A stretch of DNA of 54,423 nt from a virus (IMGVR_UViG_3300023174_000213:1-54423), one strand, 5' to 3'; positions 18,011 through 29,866 are shown, numbered from the stretch's first letter. Notes: generated from the sequence alone by a model not told the origin. Numbers and translations: made by a program.

Positions 18011-21000
18011 ATGGCCACCATAACTGCACCTGTTTATCGATACTTCACCGCCGATCTTCTCACGAATGAAATTCTTGAGGAAATTCCGTTCCGTGGAGTG
18101 TCGTATCAGCGTGCCCTGAACGGTGCTGGATCTTTCTCGGGATCGATTCCAACGTCCGAGCAGACTAACTACCTCAATCTCTACTCCAGCACGACGCCAG
18201 GAAATACCGCTCTTTACATTGTTCGAGACGGAATCTGTGTGTGGGGTGGGATTATCTGGTCCCGGTCGTACGACGTTGTGCAGAAAACGCTGTCTGTCAA
18301 TGGATCCGAGTTTCCTAGCTACCTCTACCACCGTAAGATTTGGAAGACATACAGCCACACCCTTGGGTCGACGCTTACCGTGGCCAGTGGAGTTGGAACC
18401 GTTGATCTCGACCTGGGCTACACTAGCGGTGCTCTCAAGTCTGGCCGCACAGTTGAACTGCAGTTTGCTGACTTCCGATACGACGGAATCTACACAATTG
18501 CATCGAGCCCCGCCCCCACTACTAAACAGTTTACTCTCAGCAGTCTTAATCGAGTAGTGACGCTCTCCTCTGCCTCAGTTGCAGACAATGTTGTGACCAT
18601 TACAACCGTTGACGACCATAAACTCAGGACTGACGATCTCGTTACTATTGATTCTTCCTTGACCAGTATCAACGGAACCGACTTCAAGATTACGGCATCA
18701 GGGGTGGACGCTAAGCAGTTCTCCTATGCCCTAACCTTGGCCAACGCCGATAGCGCAACTATCACGGGTACAGGAACTCGAACTATTCCGGAGGGGACCT
18801 ATGACAAGGTCAACGTCTCGGTGCGTACCGACACATATGACTACATCCGAGATTTGTTGTCAGGCATGGCCAGCGACTTTGTCGGTGTTAACTTCCCTAA
18901 CGTTTACATCGAGCCCGGCCTCAGCTACTCACTCGACATTGTTTCTAAGAAACTGGCTGGTGGATACGCCACCATCACAACGGCTCAGCCGCACGGTCTG
19001 GTTTTGGAGCAGGCTGTTCAGATTAAAAATGTCGACGACAATTTTGATGGCGAGTACCGCGTCTACTCCGTCCCCAGCCCCACTACCTTTACGTTTGAAA
19101 AGACTGGAACACTCTCCCCAACTGCAGTAGCAAAGGCAAAAGCAACCGTTACAAAGATGGTGGCTGTTGATGGCCTCACTACAATCACAACAGCTTCAGC
19201 CCATGGGTTTAGTATCGGACAGACCGTAGAAGTCAACACTCAGATTGGCTCACTCGGGTACGGGGGCTACTTCAACGGATTGCAGAAGATTACCGACACA
19301 ACTGCAACTACCTTCACATATCAAGAAGCGTCTAAGGCCAGTGTTCCGGAGACTACGTTTAATAATGCAACTGCTACTGTTGGTGCAAGCTCGGCTGGTG
19401 TTGTGCAGGCAAAACTTACCTCCAATGTTGCCACCATTACGACGGATAAAGCTCACGGATTTACTGCTGGTCAGTCAGTCGTAGTGGCTAATACGTCCCC
19501 TCTGATTCAAATTGCTTCTCGAGCACTTCGCGTTGCATCTGGCGCTGGGACTGCCACAGTACAGACTAGCGCAAGTCACAATCTGAACAACAGTGATGTG
19601 GTTGACATCACGGGACTACAAGACGCGTCCTTTATCTACTCGGTCTACGTCAAAGACAACATTGCCACACTCAAGACTTCTAAATCAGTCAACTTCAAAA
19701 ATGGTGACACAATAACTGTTTCTGGGATTAGCACGCCGACAACAATCACTCACAAGTCTCGGACTAGCAATAGCGTCACTCTCACTCTGAGCACAGATTC
19801 TACATACAAGCACCCCTATTCAATTGGGGACGAAGCAGTCATTCAGAATATCTATGACTATGTCACCGTACAGAAACAAAGAATTGGTAGTGCGGTAGCA
19901 ACCCTAACTGTTCCGACAGGTCATGGGATTATAGTTGGTACAAAGATTAAAGTTGAAAAGTGTACAGACTCTGAGACACTCATTAGCAAGCGAGCCTCTC
20001 GCGGTTATGCCACTGTTACAACAGGTGGGCCGCATAACTTTAGCTCTGGTGACACTGTTACAATTTCTGGGGCGGGGGCTGGCTTCAATGGAGAGCACCG
20101 CGTTACCGAGCCCATCACTAGCAACAGTTTTAGCTATGAAGTAGTGCTGAGTGAAGATGCCGAGAAAAAGGCCGCAAATAAAACCGTTGTTGCTGAAAAG
20201 TCAATTACTGGGACTGTCACTACCAATGAGGCTGTATTTAACGGAGACTTTGAGGTGTCTGCAGTTTCAGCCACTACGGTTTCGTACCAGATCAACAATG
20301 CTTATGACTCCCCCTTGGTTACGTCAGCGGGTACCGCTCAAATCGTGTTCTTGAGTCCGATGAATGGAACCTATACCCTTACTGGTGTATCTACTACTCA
20401 GATTACCTATACGCAAAACGGAGCCAATGTTGCCAATGCTGCCATCGAGCGTCCTAATAAGAATGTTGAGACACCGTACCCTACGGTCACTCCTAAGACT
20501 AATATTTTAAATGGCGATCGAGTTATCACAAAAGTCGATGGCAATACTCTCACGTTTTCTATATCACCGCCTCGGAACTTTAAGGCCGACCCAGTGCTGG
20601 CTGGTATCGTCACTAAAAACAGCGTATTCAATGGAACTGATAAGACAATTAGCAACGCTACAAATAATGTCTTTGACTACTCTGCCGGGGCGCAGACCGT
20701 ACCAATTACAGAGGATGTAGTCAGCTCCGTTGCCTACGCTAAAGCCAAGAGCATCTATAACGGAACAAAGACTATTCTGTCTAGTCCGGCCCCAACGGCA
20801 AAGACGTTTTCATACTCTGTCACGCATGATAACCGATCTCCTGAACTTATCATTAGTCAAGGCTCAGCTACTGTCCGACCTGTTGCCATCGCCAGTACGT
20901 TTGGTCCTTTCCCCGGTAGTGCTGACATCGGACTGCTGTTTTCAACTCGTGAAGCATCCGGTATCAACACCGATCCTCCTATTCACCGTGGCTTCGAGCT

Positions 21001-21715
21001 TACGACTGTGGGGGAGGCGCTGGAGAAGTACGCATCGTCCGTAGACGGATTTGACTATCGAATTGACTGTGCGTACGACGAGGCAACCTCGACCTTTACC
21101 AAAACTTTTGTTATGCTCCCCCTTGAGTACCCCAACCCACCAGCTGCGGGCGTAGTTTCCCCCGTAAGTCGATACGGGGCTGATGGAGTTATCTTTGAGT
21201 ACCCCGGCAATATTGGAAAGTTCTCCGTCAACGAAAGTGCTGAGAACGCGGCCACTCGAATGTTTGTTGTTGGAAATGAGAACGCAGGGGACGACTACGG
21301 ATCAAACATCGGCGTTGCTACCCTAACTGACTTCCTTGATGGATCGCGCGGACGCAAGTGGCCGCTCTTGGACTTTGATGAGAAGGCCGACGACGCTAAT
21401 AACAAGACCGTATTATACGGATACGCCAGGCGCTATGCCCTTGAGGCTGCACCCCCGATGGCAGACTTTGCTATCAGTGTGAATGGGGCGCTAGAGCCTA
21501 TCGTGGGCTCATATGCTCCTGGTGACTGGTGTAGTATTGTAGTACGAGACCCGTTTATTCAAGCTCGACTGAGCACTGACCTCGAGCCTCGGGACACCGT
21601 GCTGGTTCGTAAAATTGAGTCATACACCGTTACCGTTCCTGACGGTGTGACATTCCCTGAAGAAGTTACGCTGACAGTTATTCCTGAGTGGGAGGTGGAC
21701 GGCTTTGGCGACTAG
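18011..21715 (+). CDS. Baseplate hub/Tal-like minor tail protein with nested beta-barrel insertions
   Basis: 1234 aa. Hub-like N-terminus ([18 protein letters not shown]) and C-terminus ([22 protein letters not shown]) interrupted by ~9-10 barrel units. Confidence 0.7.
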   Translation: MATITAPVYRYFTADLLTNEILEEIPFRGVSYQRALNGAGSFSGSIPTSEQTNYLNLYSSTTPGNTALYIVRDGICVWGGIIWSRSYDVVQKTLSVNGSEFPSYLYHRKIWKTYSHTLGSTLTVASGVGTVDLDLGYTSGALKSGRTVELQFADFRYDGIYTIASSPAPTTKQFTLSSLNRVVTLSSASVADNVVTITTVDDHKLRTDDLVTIDSSLTSINGTDFKITASGVDAKQFSYALTLANADSATITGTGTRTIPEGTYDKVNVSVRTDTYDYIRDLLSGMASDFVGVNFPNVYIEPGLSYSLDIVSKKLAGGYATITTAQPHGLVLEQAVQIKNVDDNFDGEYRVYSVPSPTTFTFEKTGTLSPTAVAKAKATVTKMVAVDGLTTITTASAHGFSIGQTVEVNTQIGSLGYGGYFNGLQKITDTTATTFTYQEASKASVPETTFNNATATVGASSAGVVQAKLTSNVATITTDKAHGFTAGQSVVVANTSPLIQIASRALRVASGAGTATVQTSASHNLNNSDVVDITGLQDASFIYSVYVKDNIATLKTSKSVNFKNGDTITVSGISTPTTITHKSRTSNSVTLTLSTDSTYKHPYSIGDEAVIQNIYDYVTVQKQRIGSAVATLTVPTGHGIIVGTKIKVEKCTDSETLISKRASRGYATVTTGGPHNFSSGDTVTISGAGAGFNGEHRVTEPITSNSFSYEVVLSEDAEKKAANKTVVAEKSITGTVTTNEAVFNGDFEVSAVSATTVSYQINNAYDSPLVTSAGTAQIVFLSPMNGTYTLTGVSTTQITYTQNGANVANAAIERPNKNVETPYPTVTPKTNILNGDRVITKVDGNTLTFSISPPRNFKADPVLAGIVTKNSVFNGTDKTISNATNNVFDYSAGAQTVPITEDVVSSVAYAKAKSIYNGTKTILSSPAPTAKTFSYSVTHDNRSPELIISQGSATVRPVAIASTFGPFPGSADIGLLFSTREASGINTDPPIHRGFELTTVGEALEKYASSVDGFDYRIDCAYDEATSTFTKTFVMLPLEYPNPPAAGVVSPVSRYGADGVIFEYPGNIGKFSVNESAENAATRMFVVGNENAGDDYGSNIGVATLTDFLDGSRGRKWPLLDFDEKADDANNKTVLYGYARRYALEAAPPMADFAISVNGALEPIVGSYAPGDWCSIVVRDPFIQARLSTDLEPRDTVLVRKIESYTVTVPDGVTFPEEVTLTVIPEWEVDGFGD

Positions 21716-24053
21716 ACGCGTACGAAGTAACCGCAATGTTGGAAACAAGCTCAATGACCTTGAGTCGAGGGTTATCTCTACTGAGAAGAAGACAATCCAA
21801 GAAAACTCTGTTGGATCGACCCAGATTGCTAGTTCAGGTGTTGCTACCGACAACGTCCAAGATCGAGCCGTTACTAGCAACAAAATCGAGCTGGGTGCCA
21901 TCAGCACTGAGCACTTGTCACAAATTACGTCGCTCTCGTCGGGTGGAGATTTTTCTTTAAATGTCGGTGCAGAGGGCCATTTCGTACTCAATGGTGTTCG
22001 ATACGAGACCCCCTACGACTCACTAGGAAGTACCTCTGGTCTTTATACCTTAGCGTTTGACCCAGCTACTAACCAAATTTTAGTCTATCCACAAGAGCCT
22101 GGTTCGGGTGGGGTAATCACCCCCAGCGCAATGAATTTTGTGCAGACCTACACGGGAACTACCGTATCTGTTGCTTCAAGTGCTACTGTCCCCTTCACTG
22201 TTATTAGCGTCACCATTACAACTACTGCCGCCAACAGCCCTGTTCAAATCATTGCTTCAGGAGATGCGACAAACGCATCAAGTGCTAGTTGGCTTCGAAT
22301 GCAGCTCTATCGCGGGACAACTGCACTAGGCCCAAATGTTCAAACAGAACATTCTGCCACATCTGAGAACAACCCGTTTGCCCTGAACTACATCGATACC
22401 CCAGCGACAGCAGGGACATACACGTATCACTTGAAGGTAAACACCATATCTGGTGGAAACTTTACCATCGGCGAAGTCACTGGCCCAATTATGACGGCGC
22501 TCGAGTTGCGAGGATCCGTTGGCCCTACAGGTCCAACAGGAGTAACAGGCCCTACGGGCGCGATTGGTGCAACCGGAATTACGGGTTCAACAGGGTCAGT
22601 AGGCGCAACCGGAGTTGCTGGTAATACGGGAGTAACAGGATCAACAGGTGCAACGGGACCGACTGGAGCCACGGGAGCGGCCTCTACGGTCTCTGGTCCA
22701 ACAGGAGCAACGGGAGCAACGGGTGCAACAGGTGCAGGAGTAACCGGACCTACAGGTGCGGCCTCTACGGTCTCTGGACCTACTGGCGCGGTTGGGCCAA
22801 CGGGTGCAACAGGTGCAACTGGTAATACAGGAGCTAACTCAACTGTTTCCGGTCCAACAGGATCTACTGGTCCTGCAGGAATTGTCTACTCTGCCACTGC
22901 GCCCGTCAGTACCGATGTGTTGTGGGGAGACACCACGGTCAATGGCACTCAGATGGCGTTCAATGATCTCAATGATGTAGTCGTCTCGTCTCCTGCTACA
23001 GGGCAAACAGTTCGCTACTCGGGAACAACGTGGGAAAACTCACTTTTATCGAGTGATGATCTTTCTGATGTGGCTATCACATCCGCGGCCACTGGGCAGA
23101 CACTTCTTCACAACGGCACAAACTTTGTCAACGTAACTCTGCCATCCCCTAACTACATCATCAATGGTGCTTTTGATATTTGGCAACGAGGAACCTCATC
23201 AAGTTCTGCAGGGTATAAAACGGCTGACCGTTGGTACGCGAATGCTGGTGCTTTGACCACGTTCTCACAAGAAACAACAGTTGTACCTACGACCTCAACC
23301 TACGCATTTAAGATGCTTACTGGTGCAACGACAACTCCATATGTTGAGCAATACATTGGAACATCGAATGCCCGAATGCTTGCTGGAAAAACTGTCACGT
23401 TATCTGCCTATCTTGCTTCCTCGGCCTCTGTCGTTACTCAGCTTCAGTTGTACTATTCAACATCCGTAGACGCGGGTTCTGCCGGTACCTGGGTCAGTTG
23501 CACATTAGTTTCTGGTGGTTCAGTAACGTCAACCTCAACAACATATGTTCTCGGCAAAGCGGTTTATAGTATTCCCTCTACTGCTAAAAGCCTCAAAGCG
23601 TCAATAGTTACGCAGCCCACTATTGCTTCAGGAGTGAGCATCTATGTTGCTACTGTTCAACTTGAAGAAGGTTCAATTGCTACCCCATTTCGTCGCCACT
23701 CTACGGGCATTCAGGGGGAACTTGCTGCGTGTCAGCGGTACTATCAAAGAATTGTAGCGAAGCAGGCATACTCTCTATTTGCTTCTGGAGTTTACAACAC
23801 AACAACTGCCTGCTATATGCCAATCTTTCTGCCAGTAGAATTAAGAACTACTCCAGCAGTGAGTTATTCGGGCGCTTTCCGCACCCTGACTAATGGCTCG
23901 GAAACAGTCAGCAACATTGCTATTTATACTTACTCTTCAACTAACCCTGTGAGCCTGGCTATTACAACTAGTTCTAGTACTGATGGTAACGCTGCGGTAC
24001 TTACTGCAAATAATGATGTGGCGGCGTACTTAGAATTTGATGCGGAACTATAG
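21705..24053 (+). CDS. Tail fibre protein 1 (collagen-like stalk, C-terminal CBM-like receptor-binding region)
   Basis: G-X-T collagen repeats ~22520-22880; [14 protein letters not shown] and ELAACQRYY motifs typical of phage fibres. Confidence 0.75.
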   Translation: MATRRVRSNRNVGNKLNDLESRVISTEKKTIQENSVGSTQIASSGVATDNVQDRAVTSNKIELGAISTEHLSQITSLSSGGDFSLNVGAEGHFVLNGVRYETPYDSLGSTSGLYTLAFDPATNQILVYPQEPGSGGVITPSAMNFVQTYTGTTVSVASSATVPFTVISVTITTTAANSPVQIIASGDATNASSASWLRMQLYRGTTALGPNVQTEHSATSENNPFALNYIDTPATAGTYTYHLKVNTISGGNFTIGEVTGPIMTALELRGSVGPTGPTGVTGPTGAIGATGITGSTGSVGATGVAGNTGVTGSTGATGPTGATGAASTVSGPTGATGATGATGAGVTGPTGAASTVSGPTGAVGPTGATGATGNTGANSTVSGPTGSTGPAGIVYSATAPVSTDVLWGDTTVNGTQMAFNDLNDVVVSSPATGQTVRYSGTTWENSLLSSDDLSDVAITSAATGQTLLHNGTNFVNVTLPSPNYIINGAFDIWQRGTSSSSAGYKTADRWYANAGALTTFSQETTVVPTTSTYAFKMLTGATTTPYVEQYIGTSNARMLAGKTVTLSAYLASSASVVTQLQLYYSTSVDAGSAGTWVSCTLVSGGSVTSTSTTYVLGKAVYSIPSTAKSLKASIVTQPTIASGVSIYVATVQLEEGSIATPFRRHSTGIQGELAACQRYYQRIVAKQAYSLFASGVYNTTTACYMPIFLPVELRTTPAVSYSGAFRTLTNGSETVSNIAIYTYSSTNPVSLAITTSSSTDGNAAVLTANNDVAAYLEFDAEL

Positions 24054-24058
24054 GAGAA

Positions 24059-24202
24059 ATGATGTATGAAGAAATAATTGATGAAGAAACTGGCGGTATG
24101 ACTATCCGCCATACAGACGATTCTGGCAAGGTCTGGTCTATCCCAGCCAATCCAGATAATCGAATGTACCAAGAGTATCTTGCGTGGAAAGAACTTCAGT
24201 AG
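24059..24202 (+). CDS. Small tail-fibre-associated chaperone-like protein (47 aa, missing from track)
   Basis: MMYEEIIDEETGG...SIPANPDNRMYQEYLAWKELQ. IPxxPxNxxYQxYLxW motif commonly follows CQRYY-type fibres; SD GGAG. Confidence 0.7.
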   Translation: MMYEEIIDEETGGMTIRHTDDSGKVWSIPANPDNRMYQEYLAWKELQ

Positions 24203-24212
24203 GAGATAAATA

Positions 24213-26354
24213 ATGACTCAAGTAAAAGCCTACAATAGCTCCACAAGTGCGTGGGAGCCAGTTGTTGCTGGGGCGATTGGCCCCACGGGTCCTACCGGAC
24301 CAACAGGATCAACTGGCCAAACTGGTGCAAACTCAACCGTTGCCGGGCCAACTGGTGCTGTTGGTCAGACTGGAGCAACTGGTGCTGTCGGCGCAACTGG
24401 TGCGGTTGGGAACACAGGAGCACAAGGACTGACTGGTAATACTGGTCTGACTGGTAATACTGGTCTGACTGGTAATACTGGTCTGACTGGGCCTACAGGT
24501 ATCACGTGGCAAAGTACATGGAGCGGGGCTACCACCTATGCTCTTCGAGATGTTGTCTACTACAACGGTTCTTCGTATATTGCTATCTTGGCAGGTACAA
24601 ACCAACAGCCTGACACGGCAACAACGTATTGGTCTTTAGTAGCACTTAAGGGCTCAACTGGCTCAACTGGCTCAACTGGATCAACTGGTGCACAGGGCAA
24701 TACTGGATCAGTAGGCGCAACTGGTGCTGTAGGTAATACGGGTGCTGTAGGCGCTACTGGTAATACTGGCCTCACTGGGAATACTGGGAATACTGGTCTG
24801 ACTGGTAATACTGGTCCGACTGGTATTGCATGGCAGGGTGCATGGAGCGGTGCAACAGCTTACGTGTTGCGCGACGTTGTTTCGTACAATGGTTCGTCGT
24901 ACATTGCGATTCTTGCTGGGACAAATCAGCAACCTGATACGGCAACAACTTATTGGTCTTTAGTTGCACTTAAAGGATCTACAGGTGCAACGGGTGCAGA
25001 TAGCACAGTTGCAGGTCCAACGGGTGCAGTCGGACCGACAGGTGCTGTAGGCGCAACTGGTAACACGGGTGCTGCTAGTACGGTGGCTGGCCCAACGGGA
25101 GCAACGGGAGCAACGGGTGCAACAGGAGCCGGAGTAACAGGCGCAACTGGTAACACGGGTGCTGCTAGTACGGGAGCAACGGGAGCAACGGGAGCAACGG
25201 GAGCAACGGGAGCAACGGGAGCAACGGGTGCAACAGGCGCGACGGGTAACACTGGAACGCAGGGAATCCTCACACAGTCAACTGCCCCCAACGACACCTC
25301 AGTTCTCTGGCTCGACACTGTGTCGACAGCTAGCACACTAAATCTTGGGGATCTCGGTAATACTACTCTTACCTCAGTAAGTAACAATGATCTTCTTAGG
25401 TATAACAGTGGAACATCCAAGTGGGTCAACTCAAAAACAATTGATACTCTAACAGCAACAGGCCTTATCACTGCTAGTGGCGGAGTCTCGTCAACATCTC
25501 TTTCGGCGTCCACAACGCTAGCCGTTACTGGTGCTACTACTCTGACCGGACTACTCACTGCAAACGGTGGCATTGGTACAACGGCAATAACTGCGTCTAC
25601 AACACTTGGTGTTACTGGACTTACAACTGCTACAGGCGGTGTAACTACGGGAGCTGCAAGCACTATCAGTTTAGGTGCAGGAACAAACACTGTTCCGCCT
25701 CTCGACTTTGCTACTGGATCAAACGGAACTAGTGCTACGGGTGCTTCAGCTGGGGCAATCGAGTTTGATGGTGTCGTCTTCTATAAGACTCTAGTAGCAA
25801 CGAGCGGTAGGGCGCTAGCTCAAAGTTCTTACGCGTACTACCAAAATACCGCTAGAACAGTGACTACTCCGGCAGCAACAGCTACAGGTATTTTTGGTGC
25901 AGGGACAACTACAACAGGAGTAGGTCTAACTCTGGGAACAGGGTCGTATGAGTTTGAGATGTTCTTCCAAGAGACACAAACTGAGACCGCAACCTCGCAC
26001 ACGTTACAGCTGCTATTCCCCTGTACAAGCGGGACATACGCCTCGATAAACTATGTTTCAGTGACGTCATCAGTGACATCTGCTACCGCAGCAGCAGCAA
26101 TTACTACCTCTGGAACCGTATCAACTGTTCTTGCAATTACAGGTGCTGCAACAACGGCTGCCTCTGTTACACGTAGCATCTTGGTTCGGGGATTTTTTAG
26201 ACTCTCGGTTGGTGGAACATGGACCCCTCAAATGCAATGGTCCGCAGCTGGTGGTGTCTCTGGTAACTTGACCATTGCTGCTGGCTCATACGTCAAAGTA
26301 ACTCCAGTAAACAGCAACACGGCAACTAACACAGCAATTGGAGCGTGGGCATAG
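24213..26354 (+). CDS. Tail fibre protein 2 (collagen repeats, two CBM5/12-like modules)
   Basis: SD AGGAG; long G-X-T repeats; duplicated [23 protein letters not shown] module. Confidence 0.75.
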   Translation: MTQVKAYNSSTSAWEPVVAGAIGPTGPTGPTGSTGQTGANSTVAGPTGAVGQTGATGAVGATGAVGNTGAQGLTGNTGLTGNTGLTGNTGLTGPTGITWQSTWSGATTYALRDVVYYNGSSYIAILAGTNQQPDTATTYWSLVALKGSTGSTGSTGSTGAQGNTGSVGATGAVGNTGAVGATGNTGLTGNTGNTGLTGNTGPTGIAWQGAWSGATAYVLRDVVSYNGSSYIAILAGTNQQPDTATTYWSLVALKGSTGATGADSTVAGPTGAVGPTGAVGATGNTGAASTVAGPTGATGATGATGAGVTGATGNTGAASTGATGATGATGATGATGATGATGATGNTGTQGILTQSTAPNDTSVLWLDTVSTASTLNLGDLGNTTLTSVSNNDLLRYNSGTSKWVNSKTIDTLTATGLITASGGVSSTSLSASTTLAVTGATTLTGLLTANGGIGTTAITASTTLGVTGLTTATGGVTTGAASTISLGAGTNTVPPLDFATGSNGTSATGASAGAIEFDGVVFYKTLVATSGRALAQSSYAYYQNTARTVTTPAATATGIFGAGTTTTGVGLTLGTGSYEFEMFFQETQTETATSHTLQLLFPCTSGTYASINYVSVTSSVTSATAAAAITTSGTVSTVLAITGAATTAASVTRSILVRGFFRLSVGGTWTPQMQWSAAGGVSGNLTIAAGSYVKVTPVNSNTATNTAIGAWA
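24429..24490 (+). repeat. 18-nt tandem repeat CTGACTGGTAATACTGGT (3 copies plus partial)
   Basis: Read directly from sequence; encodes LTGNTG. Confidence 0.85.
24498..24977 (+). repeat. Duplicated ~155-nt module (24498-24653 and 24822-24977)
   Basis: Near-identical protein; nucleotide differences mostly at third codon positions. Confidence 0.85.
25170..25232 (+). repeat. 9-nt tandem repeat ACGGGAGCA x6 plus one variant
   Basis: Read directly from sequence; encodes TGA repeats. Confidence 0.9.
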
Positions 26355-26749
26355 TGGCAGTCCTTAAAAAATACAACACGAGTACTTCGGCCTGGGAAGC
26401 AGTTGCAGTTGGATCAGTTGGTCCGGCTGGTGCAACCTACAACTCCACTACAACTGATGCAACAACTGCTAGGACACTGGCTCTTACTGACGCTGATTCG
26501 TTAATTTTATTTTCGTCAACGTCGGCAATTACGGTGACTGTTCCGACATATGCATCAGTAGCAATTGGAGTTGGTCAGGGAATTAGCCTTGTCGCATATG
26601 GTGGTGGACAAATAACTGTCGCCTCTGCAGTAGGAGTGACACTTCGTTACACAAATACTTTACGATCGCGCACACAGTACTCTATCCTCACGCTGATAAA
26701 AATAGATACAAATGAGTGGCTGGTAACTGGAGATACGGCGGCCTACTAA
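26354..26749 (+). CDS. Small tail adaptor protein (131 aa)
   Basis: GTG 26354 overlaps the previous TAG; N-terminus resembles that of fibre 2; C-terminal domain paralogous to 46696..47421. Confidence 0.6.
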   Translation: MAVLKKYNTSTSAWEAVAVGSVGPAGATYNSTTTDATTARTLALTDADSLILFSSTSAITVTVPTYASVAIGVGQGISLVAYGGGQITVASAVGVTLRYTNTLRSRTQYSILTLIKIDTNEWLVTGDTAAY

Positions 26750-28986
26750 TGGTTTACGTAAGTGGGACCACCCACAATAGAGCACCTAATTTACTGGGTA
26801 AGTACACAACAAGCTCTCAATACTTAACTGGTTTGCTTTATGATAGTGAGACAGGAAATACCTATATAGGTCAAAGCGAAAATAACTCATTTCTACAAAG
26901 AGAACCAAGTGGAACACTACAAATTGACACAGCAACCGGAGACCTTGTCGGGATACTTGCCGATCCCGGTGGTTCATGGACATCAGACGGTGCGAATGGG
27001 TATTACATATATAGTAATACTAACTCTGAAGGAGCCCCCTATCTAACTCGAACTGACATAAACAAAAAAACTGTAACTGGTTGGACAAATCCAACACTTG
27101 CCCAATCAGCGGGGTCTACCCCATTTGTTAGCAAAGTTATTCGTGACGGGTCTACTCTATATATCTGCGGAAACTTTACTAGTGTAAATGGATCTGCCCG
27201 AGCGGGCATAGCAGCACTTAATTCAGACACAGGTGCTCTTCTTTCGTGGAATCCGGGAGGAAATGCTACTTATGTATATAACATCGTCTCAAATATCGCC
27301 GGAACAATATTTTATGTTACAGGAAACTTCACTACAATAGGTGGACAAACTAGGTCTCAACTAGCAGCAATCACTGTCTCAACTGCGCTTGCTACAGCAT
27401 GGAACCCGGCACCAAACGCATTCGTGGGGGCGGTTAATATTGATGAAACTAACAACGTAGCCTATATTGGCGGATCATTTACAACAGTTGGTGGAAGTAA
27501 CAGAACAAATTTAGCGCAAGTATCGCTAGCTAGTACAGGTGCAGTTCAGGCATGGAACCCCTCTCCTTCTCCAAGTGGCTCGGTGGGAACCATTATTACA
27601 ACTGGTACGACCACAAAAACTGTATATTTTTCCGGAAGTTTTACTTCAGTCGGCGGGAACTCCCGATCAAAGATTGCATCCTGGACCGCTCCGTCTGGGG
27701 GTGGCGTAGGTGCTGTCACTACTTTGTCACTGGCAACAGTCAGTAACGCCCCAAGAAGTATGGAAATTAGTGGATCAACTCTGTATGTCGGGACTGACTC
27801 TGGTGCCACTGTAGGATCGACAACTGTTGGTGCAGTATATTCCGTAGATGTGACAACAAATGCAATAGTTAATGCATACCCAAACCTAGTAGGTGCTTCC
27901 AATCAAATAAACGTTACTGGTTCAGTCCTCTCAAGTTACCTTATAAAATCAACTATGGGAACTATAGCTGACACCTCACTTTTTTGCATTGACTCTGGCG
28001 GAAAACTGACTAGTTTTAGGTGCGCTGCTCCTAGCGTCTATGCAATGGTCAAAAAAGGAAACACACTTTATATTGGAGGTTCATTTACGACAGTAAATGG
28101 AACTTCCAGGATTGGACTTGCGGCAGTAGACGCGACAACTGGTGCACTATTAAGTTCAAGTATGGAGTTGGGATCCTCATCTGGTACTCCATATATCTAT
28201 GCTCTTACCCTCTATGGAGACACGCTGCTAGTTGGCGGTCAGTTTACAGCAATCAATAACACCAATTGTAATGGATTTGCCAGGGTAGATACAACTACAA
28301 ATACTGGGACCGGCAATACGTATGCATCTGAAACAAGCTTTGGAACTGATTCAATAATAAACTCAATTGTAGTTAATGGCTCAATTGGATATATTAGCGG
28401 CTACTTTGACACCTACACCGGCCCGTCATTAGTTAATCAGACTAGGTACGGAGCAGCAGCCATAAATTTAACAACATATGAGCCAACATCCTGGGACCCA
28501 GCAGTATTTGATTCAAATAGTGGTCAAGCAGCCACTAACGTAAAAATGTCTTTAAATGAAGCCGGTACAAAAATGTATATATGGGGGCAATTTGATACTG
28601 CAAAATTCAATACTGTATCTCCCGTCAGCGTGCCGGGAAAAATCATCAGAGTTGATCTAACTACCGGACAAACTATTGACTCAGTATCATCGTCTTTTAC
28701 TGGCGGGGAAAACTATAAGGGTATGCTCGAGAAAAATGGAATAGCGTATGTAGCCGCTAGCGACGGTAGCGCCCCCGGTAACGGTTTTTATGGGAGAGAC
28801 GCAACAACAGGAACACTAGTAACGTCGACAACAACTTTTCTAGAAGTAGCTGCTACCCCTGCAGACTACAACCCCCTGCACAGCGTGCCAAACGGTATAC
28901 TTGTTGCGTACCCTAAAATTTTTTATCAAGCAACACCAAACATAATTAGAGTCTTTGATACTAATACAATGTCAGAGAGGTATTAA
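26749..28986 (+). CDS. Beta-propeller repeat protein, putative receptor-binding protein
   Basis: TAATG-coupled start 26749; repeats LY.GG.FT.V.G..R..LAA....TG...WNP; AT-rich codons. Confidence 0.6.
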   Translation: MVYVSGTTHNRAPNLLGKYTTSSQYLTGLLYDSETGNTYIGQSENNSFLQREPSGTLQIDTATGDLVGILADPGGSWTSDGANGYYIYSNTNSEGAPYLTRTDINKKTVTGWTNPTLAQSAGSTPFVSKVIRDGSTLYICGNFTSVNGSARAGIAALNSDTGALLSWNPGGNATYVYNIVSNIAGTIFYVTGNFTTIGGQTRSQLAAITVSTALATAWNPAPNAFVGAVNIDETNNVAYIGGSFTTVGGSNRTNLAQVSLASTGAVQAWNPSPSPSGSVGTIITTGTTTKTVYFSGSFTSVGGNSRSKIASWTAPSGGGVGAVTTLSLATVSNAPRSMEISGSTLYVGTDSGATVGSTTVGAVYSVDVTTNAIVNAYPNLVGASNQINVTGSVLSSYLIKSTMGTIADTSLFCIDSGGKLTSFRCAAPSVYAMVKKGNTLYIGGSFTTVNGTSRIGLAAVDATTGALLSSSMELGSSSGTPYIYALTLYGDTLLVGGQFTAINNTNCNGFARVDTTTNTGTGNTYASETSFGTDSIINSIVVNGSIGYISGYFDTYTGPSLVNQTRYGAAAINLTTYEPTSWDPAVFDSNSGQAATNVKMSLNEAGTKMYIWGQFDTAKFNTVSPVSVPGKIIRVDLTTGQTIDSVSSSFTGGENYKGMLEKNGIAYVAASDGSAPGNGFYGRDATTGTLVTSTTTFLEVAATPADYNPLHSVPNGILVAYPKIFYQATPNIIRVFDTNTMSERY

Positions 28987-28992
28987 GGAAAA

Positions 28993-29328
28993 ATGAACGT
29001 AGAACTGTACGGTGGAAGCGGAGACTTCTACCAATACACACAAGAACAAATAGACAGCTACCGGAACGGAATTTTTGGACCATTTCCGGTGGTTGTGCGT
29101 GACGGCGAGATTATTGCCATTCAGCCGTGGGACCCAGAAAACAATAACGAACCGTGGCCGACAGATCAGGATGCACTTGCTTGGGGTTCCGCGTACATCG
29201 CAGCAGCTTTGCAGGCAGCTACAGACGCCCAGAACAGAGAGGCTAGTCGAGCCAGTGCGGTGGATAAACTTATTCGCCTAGGTCTTACCCGCGAAGAAAT
29301 ATCTGCACTCACGGGATCAATTTACTAG
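28993..29328 (+). CDS. Tail-associated hypothetical protein
   Basis: SD AAGGA; ends SAVDKLIRLGLTREEI, an ending I recognise in small proteins after fibres. Confidence 0.55.
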   Translation: MNVELYGGSGDFYQYTQEQIDSYRNGIFGPFPVVVRDGEIIAIQPWDPENNNEPWPTDQDALAWGSAYIAAALQAATDAQNREASRASAVDKLIRLGLTREEISALTGSIY

Positions 29329-29395
29329 ATCCTATTGCCTAGGTAGACCTAACACTCACACTGTTGTTCCATAAAAATGATAGAATAGAGGGACA

Positions 29396-29866
29396 ATGTA
29401 CTACGTAAAAGACGGGCCGCGTACTCTCGAGTTTGAGGGGCGTCTTCTTGGCGAATCCACTTCTCGGCGCGGTGACTCTATCCGATGGATCGAGTTCAAG
29501 CTGTACCAGACCGGAAGCGGAGCCTACGTTCTTTCGCGCATTGGTCGATCAAAGGTTTATCATACAGCTTCATGTACCTTGGTGTCCCGCTATGGTCTGA
29601 CCGAGGTTGAGTGGAACGACATTGATGTTGACTCCCTTGAATGTCCCGACTGCAAGCCAAGCCCGGAGGCTCAACTAGTGTTCCCTGAAAAGAACCGATA
29701 CTGGGCCCAAGTCAGTGACGAACCACAGGCGGTCCTCGAGGCTCTCTACAAGTATGATGAAGGAGGTGCGCGATATCTGACTAAGGTCGCACAGCGACTG
29801 CTTGAGTCGGCATCACACAACGACTCTCGTATAGAATCTATCTACAGAATAGAGCGCATCCCGTGA
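29396..29866 (+). CDS. Hypothetical protein (C..CxxC, possible Zn binding)
   Basis: 156 aa; -10 TAGAAT 29381-29386; first gene of the replication block. Confidence 0.7.
   Translation: MYYVKDGPRTLEFEGRLLGESTSRRGDSIRWIEFKLYQTGSGAYVLSRIGRSKVYHTASCTLVSRYGLTEVEWNDIDVDSLECPDCKPSPEAQLVFPEKNRYWAQVSDEPQAVLEALYKYDEGGARYLTKVAQRLLESASHNDSRIESIYRIERIP

Noticed and set aside
24498-24977. Diversity-generating retroelement template/variable repeat pair
   Set aside because: Differences are mostly synonymous and not adenine-specific, both copies are inside one ORF, and no reverse transcriptase is in the window
24950-25690. Antisense (APV)n ORF and alternative-frame (REQ)n ORF
   Set aside because: By-products of the collagen-coding tandem repeats
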